Source: Isurus oxyrinchus (taxonomy: Eukaryota). Taken from it: a DNA stretch of 64,000 nt. The position numbers were made by a program, and so were the translations under genes. The notes beneath the pieces were generated by a model. It searched no databases and was not told where the DNA came from. It saw only the letters and a program-made list of their open reading frames with translations. Positions 1 to 11,984 of this stretch are shown piece by piece. How positions within the stretch are numbered: position 1 is the first letter of the stretch; the number at the start of each line of letters is the position of its first letter. The stretch covers positions 1,860,001 through 1,924,000 of the forward strand of contig JANJGN010000052.1 in NCBI GenBank assembly GCA_026770705.1, in the 5' to 3' direction.

Positions 1-1310
1 TCCTCGAGGATGTAACAAGTGGATTGGATAAAGGGGAACCTGTAGATGTGGTGTATTAGGGACTATGACACAGCCAAGGGTAAAGGCTGAGTTGTTCAAA
101 TCCCAGAGGGAAAATTGAAACAACTGTCATAACCCAATTTTGCTGTTTGTAATGTCGAGATGAAGACTTTGAATTCAGTAGGAATAAGACCACCGAGGAT
201 TGTGGGTTTTTTATATAAAACTAAATAAACCATTTATTAATTTAACAACAAATTTAACACATACACATTGGCTACAAATAACTACTATAATAACATTTTA
301 ACAAATCCCCAAATTAATCACCCGTACATAAATCTCTCCTAAGGCAACAATGAACCATTGACATAATGTAGACACCAGGCAAAGCACATTTGACATTATG
401 AATTCCGAATGAGGTTCCTTTAGAAGTTGGTTGGAGGCTACAGGCTGGTTAGGTCTGAAACGCTCCTGCCTCACACACACAAACTCCTTCCTTTATATAG
501 CTAGCTTTCCCTTTGAATGTAAATTTTCCATTGTATCACTCGGTCTTCTGAACTCCAGCTCTTCGAACAATAAAACCCCCTTTCATAGCACCAATTTCAT
601 TAGTAAGTTCAAGAAAAAACACATCTTTTGGCTCCTTCTAACTAGGTGCAAGATTTTACCCCCAGTCTGGAATGGTTTATTCAACAATTGCAAATGAACA
701 CTTAACTGTTCTCCTCACAATTCACCCAATTAACATCTCAAAACTACTAAACATCAAAGCACACAGACCAGCTGGCTTTAATCCAATTAAGACACACCCA
801 GACACACACCTATACATGGACCACCACTAGAATTCTATTTTAAAAAATAATTTCCAAGGACATTTTACACACAAATATCTCTTCATGACATTGCATTTCC
901 AAAAGGCTTTCGATAAGGTGCCACATCAAAGGATACTGCACAGGGTGAAATTGGATGGTGTTGGGGGGGATATATTAATACGGATAGAGGACTGGCTAAC
1001 TGACAGGAAACAGAGAGCCAGGATAAATGGGTGATTTTCAGCTTGGTAAACTGTAACTAGTGGAGAGCCACAGGGATCAGTGCTGAGGCCTCAACTATTC
1101 ACAAACTACATTAGTGACTTGGATGAAGAGACTGACTATACTGTAGGCAGATTTTCTGACTGTGTGGTGAAGATAGGTAGGAAATATATAAGCTGAGCAG
1201 GAAAGCAAGCTGTGAGGAGGACACAAAGAGGCTGCAGAGGGAGATTAATAGTTTCAGAGAGGGGACAAAAAAATGAGTGGATGGAATATAAGGAATGAAA
1301 ATATCAGGGT
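1..1310 (+). mobile_element. CR1-type LINE RT fragment, interrupted by a ~830-bp LTR-like insertion (~59-890)
   Basis: Translates as ...LEDVTSGLDKGEPVDVVY | FQKAFDKVPHQRIL..., and GEPQGSVL resembles CR1 GVPQGSVL. The motif is split by unrelated sequence ending ...tcatgaca at 890. Confidence 0.75.
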
Positions 1311-1406
1311 GTCCAGCTGATCCTACTTGTTCTGTTCTTATATTCTTATACAGACACAGGGTTTACTGACAGTGCACAGCAAAGTGCTGTTCTCTCACTT
1401 TGTTCC

Positions 1407-1547
1407 AACTTCCTCATTTTGTCTCACAGTGACACATCAACCCTTTCTAATTAAATACACAGAGGGAGCAGCACAGGAAGAGGTCATTCAGCCCAAGCAG
1501 AGCGTGTGGGCAGTTACTCCCCAGGCGAGCAGTCGGACAGGTCCTGG
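1407..1547 (+). promoter_or_regulatory. Siglec-like gene A promoter and non-coding exon 0, copy 1
   Basis: PU.1/ETS-type AACTTCCTCATTT at 1407-1419, an AT-rich TAATTAAATA box, and a strong donor GG|GTAAGT at 1548. The same block precedes each of the four leader exons. Confidence 0.6.
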
Positions 1548-1983
1548 GTAAGTAACAGAACGATTGGAATTCACTTCCACCACCAACACCGTCCTTTGTT
1601 GATGTTGTGACTTTATAAAGACAGATTCCAATGATTGATGCCTTTGAAAGATTTCTACTGATTATTGAGATCTGGGTGTGAGGCTCAAGTTGTACAGAAC
1701 ATCTTTCTAGCTCAAGGGATGAGGGAAGTGCAGGGTCATGAGATTTGGGACATACTGAGGTGGTGATAGGTGCTACAGAAATGCAAACCCTACATAGTTT
1801 TTCTTTCTGAAAGCTTAGTAACTCTCTGCAGAGCACCTCTCATCCCATGGAGAATCAAGTAAGTCTTGTCTAAAAGCAGTTCTGATCTCACGAGAGCTGT
1901 CGGACAAGAGGTGAGGTCTCATTAACTCCTTTCTCTTTCAGAGTTTGAGAGTGAGAAGCTAATGGAATATCTGGGAGTGGACA

Positions 1984-2023
1984 ATGATCGGGAAATCTTA
2001 CTTCCTCCTGTCACTTCTTCAAG
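1984..2023 (+). CDS. Signal-peptide exon, copy 1 (MIGKSYFLLSLLQ, phase 1)
   Basis: Acceptor tttcag at 1941, ATG at 1984, donor AG|GTAAT at 2024. Joins in frame to the V exons (..LLQ-VGLSQ..). Confidence 0.8.
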
Positions 2024-3159
2024 GTAATATCATCGTCAGCTTGGACAGATTTATGGTTAATAGTCTTTGTAAAATAGCATTCTTATTGAGCTCTGATAGG
2101 GAACCGATTCAGCAGTGAGCTAGTGTACAAACTCACACCAAGTCCCATTCACCCATCACCCCTGTGCTCACTGAAATACACTGACTCCCTGTCTGACAGC
2201 AGAATTGGAGAAGAATAGAGATCTCAGAGCGTTGTAGGGGCTGGAGACAGTTACCCAATTAGGCAGGATTGTAGCAGCTAGAGCAGAATCTTAAACTTCA
2301 GGTGATGTCGGGTGTTGGTCAGTGAGAGACGGGGAGTAATGGGTTGAGCAGAAAGTCAGGGATAAAAACTGGGGGATGAAATATATCCAGGTGCTAGGAC
2401 TCTGATGGCAATGGCCTGAAATTAGTGTCTTTTGCTGATTTTAGTTAGAATTTCCCATGAAGACAACACAGCAGCTCCTAGAATAGACAGGCTGTTCAGT
2501 GTCACACTTCCTGTCCATTCTCACCTTGCTAGATACTTCAATAAGGGAGCAAGATAACTGAAAGAGAGAAGGAAGGTAAAGCTGTCTGTGTGTAGAACTG
2601 TCAAATATTCTGAGTTATCATAATTGTCTCTGACCTGCTGCAGAGTTTAAATTTCACAGAACATTAGCACTTTGCAGCTCAGAGAGAGACCATTGACTCA
2701 CTGCCTGAAAGGGCGGTGGAAGCAGATTCAACAGGAACTTTCAGAAGGGGAACTGGATAAATACTTGAAGGGGACATTTTGCAGGGCTTTGGAGGAGAGA
2801 GTAGAGCTGAGCGTGGGAATAATTAGACAGATATTTCAAAGCCTCAACTATTCACAATCTACATTAGTGACTTGGATGAAGGGACTGACTGTACTGTAGA
2901 CAGATTTTCTGACTGTGCGGTGAAGATAGGTAGGAAATATATAAGCTGGGCAGGAAAGCAAGTTGTGAGGAGGACATAAAGAGGCTGCAGAGGGAGATAA
3001 ATAGTTTCAGTGAGTAGATAAAAAAATGAGTTGATGGAATATAGGGAATGAAAATATCAGGGTGTCCAGCTGATCCTACTTGTTCTGTTCTTATATTCTT
3101 ATACAGACACAGGGTTTACTGACAGTGCACAGCAAAGTGCTGTTCACTCACTTTGTTCC

Positions 3160-3300
3160 AACTTCCTCTTTTTGTCTCACAGTGACACATCAGCTCTTTC
3201 TAATTAAATACACAGAGGGAGCAGCACAGGAAGAGGTCATTCAGCCCAAGCAGAGCGTGTGGGCAGTTCCTCCCCAGGCGAGCAGTCGGACAGGTCCTGG
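3160..3300 (+). promoter_or_regulatory. Gene A promoter and exon 0, copy 2 (tandem duplicate, ~1753-bp period)
   Basis: Near-identical to copy 1. PU.1-type AACTTCCTCTTTT at 3160-3172, donor GTAAGT at 3301. Confidence 0.6.
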
Positions 3301-3744
3301 GTAAGTAACGGAATGATTGGAATTCACTTCCAACACCGTCCTTTGTTGATGTTGTGACTTTATGAAGACAGACTCCAATGATTGATGCCTTTGAAAGATT
3401 TCTAATGATTATTGAGATCTGGGTGTGAGGGTCAAGTCTGTCATACAGAACATCCTTCTAGCTCAAGGGGCGAGGGAAGTGGAGTGACATGAGCTTTGGG
3501 ATGCCCTGAGGAGGTGAAAGGTTGTATAGAAATGCAAATCCTTCATTGTTTTTCTTCCTTAAAACCTTGTAACTCTCTGCAGAGCATCTATCATCCCACC
3601 GTGAATCAAATTAGTCAGTGAAGACATTGTCTAAAAGCAGTTCTGATCTCTCGAGAGCTGTCGGACAAGAGGTGAAGTCTCATTAACTCCTTTCTCTTTC
3701 AGAACTTCAGAGTTAGAAGCTGATGGAATATCTATGAGTGGACA

Positions 3745-3784
3745 ATGATCGGGAAATCTTACTTCTTCCTGTCACTTTTCCAAG
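3745..3784 (+). CDS. Signal-peptide exon, copy 2 (MIGKSYFFLSLFQ, phase 1)
   Basis: Acceptor at 3702, ATG at 3745, donor GTAAT at 3785. 40 coding nt, as in copy 1. Confidence 0.8.
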
Positions 3785-5199
3785 GTAATATCATCGTCAG
3801 CTTGGACAGATTTATGGTCAATAGTCTTCGTAAAAGATCATTCTTATTGAGCTGTGACTGGGAACTGATTCAGCAGTGAGCCAGTGTACAAACTCACACC
3901 AAGTCCCATTCACCCATCACCCCTGTGCTCACTGATATACACTGACTCCCTGTATGACAGCAGAATTGGAGGGGAGCAGAGATCTCAGAGGGTTGTAGGG
4001 GCTGGAGGAGGTTACAGGGTTAGGCAGGATTGTAGCAGCGAGAGCAGAATCTTAAACTTCAGGTGATGTCAGGTGTTGGTCAGTGAGAGATGGGGAGGGA
4101 TGGGTTGAGCTGAAAATCAGGGATAAAAACTGGGGGATGAAATCTATCCAGGTTCTAGGATCCTGATAGCAATAATCTGAAATTTGTGCCTTTTGCTGAT
4201 TTTAAAAAGAATTTCCCATGAAGACAACACAGCAGCTCCTAGAATAGACAGGCTGTTCAGTGTCACACTTCCTGTCCATTCTCACCATGAATTTCAAATC
4301 ATTCTGTGAAGCAACATTGGGCTGATTGTCTAACTCTAGTTCAAACCTGAAAACAGCTTTAATGAGCTTAGAAAAGCTGGATTTCAAAATAATTGTATAG
4401 TGTCCACAGAGGCTTTATTATGTTGCATACATTTGATTTGATTTGAAGGGGACATTTTGCAGGGCTGTGGGGGAGAGATCAGAGGTGAGAGTGGGACTAA
4501 TTGGACAGATCTTTCAAAGGCCCAGCACATGCTCGATGGGCCAAATGGCTTCCTTCAGTTCCGGATCATTCTACAATCCAATAAATTAAATCTCTTATCA
4601 GTAACTCTTCAGGCTCCCGCTGCAGGAATGGCTCTTTCAGAAGGGCAGGGAACAAGCGGTTTCTCATATCATGTTCATATTTATTGACAATTACATAAGT
4701 GTACGGAACTGTTGAATATTTGACTCTCTAAAGTGTGGATTTAACCTTCTGGTCCACCCAGATCTTGTGCTGGTTCCCTTGTCCGGAGGTGTCTTTAACT
4801 GCTCACAGTGATCTGTGGGATTGTCATCCTTGGATGTTGTTCCTGATTTCATGTGGGATCTTCTCCTCGATGGAATAGGAGCGGGAATGGATCTGATTTA
4901 TCCTCGGTTCCGCCTCACCGCTGTGCCCTTGTGTGTTTGACTCCATAGGCCCTTGGTTCTGAACAAATCCTCGTCACCTCGGCTGGTGGTCATGAACCTT
5001 CTGTGGGATGCTGGATGTGAACTTGTCCCAACTGTAAACTTGGCAACTCTGCACCTCCATTTTTATCATGAACATTCCTTATCTTCTCTTGTAGTTTTAA
5101 AAGTTGCCCTCTGGTTTCTGAGAGAGTAGAATGGGTAAGAGTAGCGAAATTGGTCACTACTAGCCCACCAAACATGCTCTCTGTCAGTGATGGAATAAG

Positions 5200-5520
5200 G
5201 TGAGGTGATGGTGTAGTGGTATTGTTGCTGGATGAGTAATTCAGAGACCCAGGGTAATGGCCTGAGAATATGGGTTCAAATCCGACCATAATAGATGATG
5301 GAATTTGAATTTAATAAAAATATGAAATTCAAAGTCTAGCAATGACCACAAAACCATTGTTGGAAATCCCACCTGGTTCACCAGTGCCGTTTAGGGAACA
5401 AAATTGTCTGGCCGACATGTGACTCCAGATTCCACGTCAATGTGGTTGACTCTTACATTAGGGATGGGTAATAAATCCTGGCCTGGCCAGTGACTCCCAC
5501 ATCCCATGAATGAATTTAAC
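5200..5520 (+). mobile_element. tRNA-derived SINE inserted in the gypsy element
   Basis: A/B-box-like TGGTGTAGTGG..GGTTCAAATCC. Related copies at ~49780-49900 (+) and ~61000-61340 (-). Confidence 0.6.
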
Positions 5521-8500
5521 AAAGTTGCAGTTGTAGGTGTCGATCTCAGATGTAACATTGCAATGTGTGGATCTTGCTTGGCCTGTCTACATTTGAGAAT
5601 TAGGGATTTCACTGTGTGAATCATTCATTCAGCGAGGCTGTTAGATCTGGGGTAATGAGGAGAAGAAGTAGTGTGATTGATATTCCAGATTATCTGTAAT
5701 CATGTCCCTAGGCTCACCAAATAAACTGAAAATAGTGCTTAGAGTGTGTGCACCAGTTGTGCTTGGTGTGTTGTGCTATTTTTGAATAACGGGATATCTG
5801 GTAAAGCTGTCGACGATGATGATGAAGTCAGTGACATGGAAATGAAAGGATTCAGACCTGATTTTGGACTAAGAATGGGCAGGAATTTCCTGTGGAATCA
5901 GTGGTTCTTTGTGCTGACTTGGCTCATCCTCTTGACAAGCCTCGTACTTCCCTACAACGACTTCAAGGTCATTCTTCATAACCGGCCAGGGAGTATATCT
6001 CTTGTGAGTCTCCTTGTCTGATCTGTGCCCATGTGTGAGGGATGAAGTTGTTGAAGAATATAGGATCACAAAGGCTCCGGTATGATGCCCTGCCTGCCAT
6101 TAAAAATGGTTCCCTGGGAGATGCCTCACTTATCCCGATGAGGTCAAGCTGAATCAGGCCACCCTTTCAATGATATTTCCCCAGTTCCTGTAGAATTTTT
6201 CACTGTTCCCTTTTGTAGCTGCTGTCATTTCTGTTGTGCTAAATATACTGGATCAATTGACAGACTTGCATTCTCCTGCAGGTGTAATGTTGCAGCTCCC
6301 TTGAAACTGCCAATATTGTTGAAACTTTCTGCATATTTCAATGTTATGTCAATGAACTGAGGTGATGGGGTAGTTTCTGAGGTTGACCCATGTGAGGTCT
6401 GACAGATTCCATGGATTGTCACTAGTGTGAGGTCACCGCATGCCGGTAGACTTGCAATTGCTCAGCCTTTATTCTGCACGATGTAGAACATCTGTGACAC
6501 CCAGGAAGATTGATTGTACTTGCACTGTAGGACTATGGATTCTGCACATGGAGTTGGTGAAGTGTTGTACACAGCAGTAGGTTTCCCCATGGACTTCCAT
6601 GTCCTTGGATATATGTCTTTGAAAATTTGCTGGGGTGGGCTGGGGGAGGGGAATGTTGGCACTTGTCCCTGTATCAATCTTGGCCAATAAAGGGGAGGTA
6701 GAAACTTTCTCAGGGCAGATAATTGGAATCTTGGCCAATAGTGCGGGTGAAGTGACGGCATCTGTTCTCCATGAGATTGATGGTGTAATAGGTGTGAAAT
6801 TGTTCAACAGTTGCACAATACGTTAAGCACAAGTGTTGCAAAAACTCTAAGCCGGGGTTTTCCGGCCCAGTCATGGTGGGACCTGCCGTGGGAGATTGGG
6901 ACAAATATAAATCCATTGGCTTTCGGCCGGACCGGACAATCCTGGCAGTGGGTGGGGCCAGAAAATCTAACACCTATGGGACATTTTCAGTTTCTTTGAT
7001 GTGCCCAGAGATATCATGAAGGACAACAATCCACAATTTATTGGCAAGCCACGTCAGGATATGTGTGAGAGGTGGAATATCGATCACCGCACTTCGTCTC
7101 GTCATGCACATCATCGCCATTTCCTGGCTTGTCAGTCACCACATGTATATGTTCCTGATGGGATAGCGGATGGTCATTCTTATTGCTTGAAGGTTCCCCG
7201 TTGTGTAGGGTCTGTTTGGATCAGCGCACGGCTCTTTGTAGCTGCATCAGCCTTTGCTCTAGTGCCCTGCCGCTGTCAATGGCCCTTTCTGCTACAAGCC
7301 TTGCAGGATTGGTGGAAAGCTGGGGATTTCCTTGGTGCCTGCCACACATCTCACTAGGTTTGGATGTGCTAGTGAGTGTGTCAACAATTGATGTTGTACT
7401 GAGGACCTGTAAGCTTCGTTGACCTGCGAGGATTACTTCGTATTTATGTCCATCCTTGAGTAGCTCTTCAATGCTATAGGTTTTGGTCTTATCTAGCAGA
7501 TCTTTTTGGAAGGCTTCCATGGGAGTGGATGCGATCGCCAACTCAACAACTCTGTCTGCAGGCTCTGTGTTTGAAATCACAGTGCGTACCCTTTTCTCTA
7601 CATCGGCTGATGAAGTGGTCTATGGATTGTGTCGGCTGATGAAATGACATAAACTCTAGTTGATGAATTTGGAGTTTCACCTGATTCTGAACCTGTCTTC
7701 CAATACCGTCCGTGTCTATTGGGGATCCTTTCGCTCTTCTGCTGTTAATCCTGATGTCTTCAGCCTATGTAGACCTTCATTCCCAATCGCGAGGTGAATT
7801 TTTATGGGTGGTTCATCTGGTTCAGTCACACCAGAATCAGGAAACCAGAGTTCTGTACGCTGTTTAAAAATTCTGAATTCAGATAGTCGGTCAGCTACAT
7901 CCCAGTTCAAACTGGGGAATTTTGTGGACATTCTGACAATATTCCTTTGACCTTCCTTCTCCTACAGGACCTGGGATGAGTGTCGCTTTAGCCCCTTTCA
8001 CGTGCTTTTCCGAAGCTCCGCCCACGAAGATGGGTTGCGGCAGGAACACACCACGGAGTAATGGAGTCTTTGTTTTTTATTCAATTTGCTGTTCAGCAAT
8101 CTAGAAGCCGCCCGTTATAATCACTAACTTCTCTGGGCTGATTTTTATAATGGTTTCTGTGTGTTTGACTCTCCCTCGCTCACTATCGATCCAGCCCACA
8201 CCCTGGTCACTCGCCTTCCCTGACTGAGCTAACCCGCTGCTGGTCCTGGCGATACACACTATCCCACTCACTGACCTACAGGCCCTGTGCTGTAATCTCA
8301 CCACGAGGGATGCGTCTGCTCCCCAGCTCTTTACTTGAGCTCTTTCCCGTCACTGTGTCTTCAAAGGTTTCCTGAGCAGTCAGTACACTGCGATTTCAAC
8401 CCTCTCTGATGCTGTGTCTCTGTTGTGGTCTGACCAAAGCGTCGAGGGTCATCTCATGTCATGTAGCTCGATCTCAGGCTGTTCACCATGTCATACCTGC

Positions 8501-8752
8501 ACTGAATCTTGCGGCCAGAATGTTTGGCCACCGCTGATCACCATGTTGTGTTTTTATAATGATATAAAGGCACCAGCCACTGATACGGAATTGGGTAAAT
8601 ACATTGTGGGTTCAGTTATTTAGAATGGGGACATGAGAACAGATGTACAAGGATAGAAAGCTGGGAGACACCTGCAGCCAAACTGTGTGAGCTGTGTTCT
8701 GCTCACAGGCCAAAGTGAAACTTGGACTGGATGGTGTTATCATCCCAGCTGA

Positions 8753-10001
8753 TGTTACTACTGGGCAAGTCAGATCCCAGGGTGGAACTCAGCTTGATAG
8801 GTCCTAACTTTTATTTTTTATTTAGGAATGTGGAGTGCTGCTACTGAACAGAGTCACAGGAATCATCTGATGACCTTCTAACAAAAGAATAAAACATTTA
8901 TTAAACTAGGAAAGACAAACTATATTACATTACTCCTTCACCCAGACCTATACATTTACAGATTCATAAGTAGAATACAAGTTACAATAACTATCTTATA
9001 CTCTCATGTTAACACTAAGTACACAGTTCATGCAAACCAATAGACGACCTGGTGTCAGGGACACCACATTCTGTAACCAAGTGATAGACCCCAATTGGAA
9101 CAAATGCTATGGGTTTCAGCTCAACTGACTCCAGACACTTGTTTCACCATGAGGCAACAGGTCTTACAAAACTGTATCTTTCACATGAGAGTTTCCAATC
9201 TCTACTCGTCAAGTGCTCTGTTTGGAATCTTCTCTAACATGACACTTTCACTCAGAGACCTTCCACACGGGTCCACTTCCACGATTTCAAACTCTCCTTC
9301 CCATGTTCCTGCCCCCTGGATCGCCACATGCATTCAGCCTTCCTTCTACGCGTTGTCTTTCCAATGCTCAGTCATGCCAATGGAACACCATGGCTTCACA
9401 TGGTCATAGTAAGAAGACATCAACATTTCGCTGTCTCCTATGATCTTCTGGCTTCTAATCAGCCTTTTTTGCTTTAGGTCTGTGTCCTTTTGCTTTTTCT
9501 CTTTTAGCTTGGATCCCTCCTCTGCTCCTCAATCTTATCTCGACTTAACAGGACCTTTTTCAGATTCCTGATCTTCTTTGGAGTAGAAGGTCTTCTTGGC
9601 TCTTTCTCCTGTTCCACTCGATAGTTTTGGCTTCTTCTTTACTTTGGGACTGACTATCTGTCCCGCTCCTTTGCTGCTTCTCCTGGCAACTCCTTTCAAC
9701 CAAACTGAAAGCACATTTCTGTTTTTCTCTGTCTCTATGGGTCCGTCCCTCTGGATCACTGTTGCTTAGCAATAGCACAGTTTCTTACACCTTGTGTTTG
9801 TTTTGACTTTCCTTCAAGAGACATCAAACCCCATTAGATTGCTAAACGAAAATGAAACCAAAACTGAAGTTTCCCCCTTTCTTAACACACAAATACAGAA
9901 ATCAAACTAAACTTGAACTTAAACATATACCTTATCCCTAACACACACAAATACACATAGAACTTACTTAAGCTATACCCAATTCCTAAAATCACATGAC
10001 A
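8753..10001. mobile_element. Solo-LTR-like insertion splitting the gypsy LTR
   Basis: TGTTAC...ATGACA termini, non-coding, A/T-rich. Confidence 0.45.
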
Positions 10002-10055
10002 CACTTCCCCTCGAGTGATGTCATGCTGCTGTCCCTGAAAGGCATATTACAACAG

Positions 10056-10981
10056 TGTTATCACTTGGCAGGTGATGTGTGCCAGGCAGACCAAGTCCAT
10101 GAGAGAAAGATGGTCACATGATCATAATGATTTTGCAATTTGTATTTATTATGAGATGTGTGCACTGAATTCAGAAGCAATAATTACATAAAGACCTTTA
10201 GCGATTTGAAAATTAAATTAAAATACTTGCTCTCAAAATAAATGATTTGAAGCACATACATAACTCTACAATTACCACTATAATAATTCTTAAAATTCTG
10301 AATTAAACTGACTCCCAGTTACACTCCCTTTAAGGCAACGGTCCAAAAATAGACTTTATATTTAAAACAAACCCAGCAAGTTAACACAATATAAAAGCAA
10401 TACCCTGCACAGAGGAATTCCAAGTGGCTTTTCCCCAACTTCAGTTCTGTTGGATAGCAGGCTTGTGCACAAATGCTAGAGGTTTCATTAAGACTATATC
10501 ACACACTCGTGTTAGATCTTACATGGCATTCTGACACATAGCCTTTCATTCTCCCTGATAGATATATATTTCTCTCTTTGTAACATGAAAATTCTATTGT
10601 TCCATATGTTTTTGAAACTGTATATTCCACATAACAAACTCTTTCGTGGTGCCCATATTGCCAGGAGCCTTTGAGAAAAATAAACACATTCCTTAGTCTT
10701 GCTTATCTGGCTAGTTGTAAACAAGCTAAGATTCCTTTGAAATCCAACAACCCCTTCATTGATAGAAAAATGCAAATTCTCTTCATACCTTCCATGCTAA
10801 GCAGCATCCATGTTTCCTCAATAGCATGTCAAGCACCTAGCTCCTTTTGATCATTTTAAACTTCCAATCTAATTAACTCCAAATGTACTTAAATCACATG
10901 CAGACCCATCATGCGTACCCCCATAAACCTACTTCACAATATACTATAAAATATTATGAAAATTATTATACTTACATCACA
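10056..10981. mobile_element. Solo LTR
   Basis: TGTTAT..CATCACA termini with acag/atag 4-bp flanks. Its end (ggcaggtgatgtgtgcc) is shared with the insertion at 39030-39753. Confidence 0.55.
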
Positions 10982-11384
10982 ATAGGAACCACTGCCTTAG
11001 ACACTGAGGATCTAGGACAGCTAGGCCAATTCATGATTCATGATGGTGATAATGGGGGAATTCTGAAGGCTCCTAATCCATTGTCCTACGTTGTAAATCA
11101 GCAGTGAACTCACTTCAATTAGTGTGTCTTGTAGACACTGTGTTGGGTGGCAGACTGACTTCACTAAATAGGTACCTGAGGGTCATGAGCCAATTTAGAA
11201 TGAACTTGTCCACTCCTGTGTCCGGAATTCTCTTCAATCTGTTGTGAAACCTTGGGGCATTCATTGTGTGACCTGTGGATTATCCAGACTGCAGCCTGTG
11301 TGCCCCAGTGATGGAGGGGGTGAATATTGAGTCTAGTGGATTGAGAAAACATTCAGAGTTAAATATTGATATTTCTCTCCCTAG

Positions 11385-11759
11385 TTGGACTATCACAAGT
11401 GTGGAAAGGTGACACTCCAGGAGAGGTGACAGCGCAGGAAGGTTCGTGTGTACAGATTCCATGTAATTACAGTTATCCATCATATTTAGTAGCGAGATCA
11501 CCAGTCGGAATCTGGTATATGAGAAGGAATTGGGAAAAATGGAATGAACGGTCTATAGCCTTTCACTCCAAGGATCATAATCGCGAGTTACCACAGTTCC
11601 ACCATCGGACCCAGCTGTCTGGAGACCTGAAAGATGGCGACTGTTCCCTGATTATAAACAACATCAGACGGGAAGATGCAGGATATTATTTATTCAGCCT
11701 AGAATTTGACAACAGGAATAGATACAACGACCGTCCTGAAACCCAGCTTCACGTTTCTG
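11385..11759 (+). CDS. Siglec-like V-set exon V1 (divergent; essential Arg replaced by Ser)
   Basis: 375 nt, phase 1-1, TAG|..G|GTAAGT. Siglec V signature AQEGSCVQIPC..W..LSGDLKDGDCSLII..EDAGYYLFSLE. Confidence 0.88.
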
Positions 11760-11984
11760 GTAAGTGCTGTGTTATAATTACTCAACAATTCACATCCAAC
11801 ACTCAATGGGAAATAATAGTGTTTGATTTGCTTGTTTTTTGGCCGTGTTAACCAGCGCCACTATTTTTAATGATTTGTCTATTTCTGCTCCCAGATCCAT
11901 AAGCTTATTGTGTGTGATTGAATCCACATCATAGCTGTAACATAAACCGAGCTGAGGGGTGATGACACCTCCCCCCTGAGTGAA

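Larger units (their letters stand above)
4650..10053 (-). mobile_element. Degenerate Ty3/gypsy LTR retrotransposon (gag-protease-integrase remnants, PBS-like site, interrupted 5' LTR)
   Basis: gag-like MSTKFPSLNWD..EFRIFKQRTELWF (7931-), protease AKIDTGTSANIP, integrase WNINHTTSSPHYPRSN / HTVKSLILKC..IAMLHLRSTP. PBS-like TGGTGATCAGCGG (8526-8543) abuts a TG..CA LTR at 8544-10053. Many stops and frameshifts. Confidence 0.75.
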
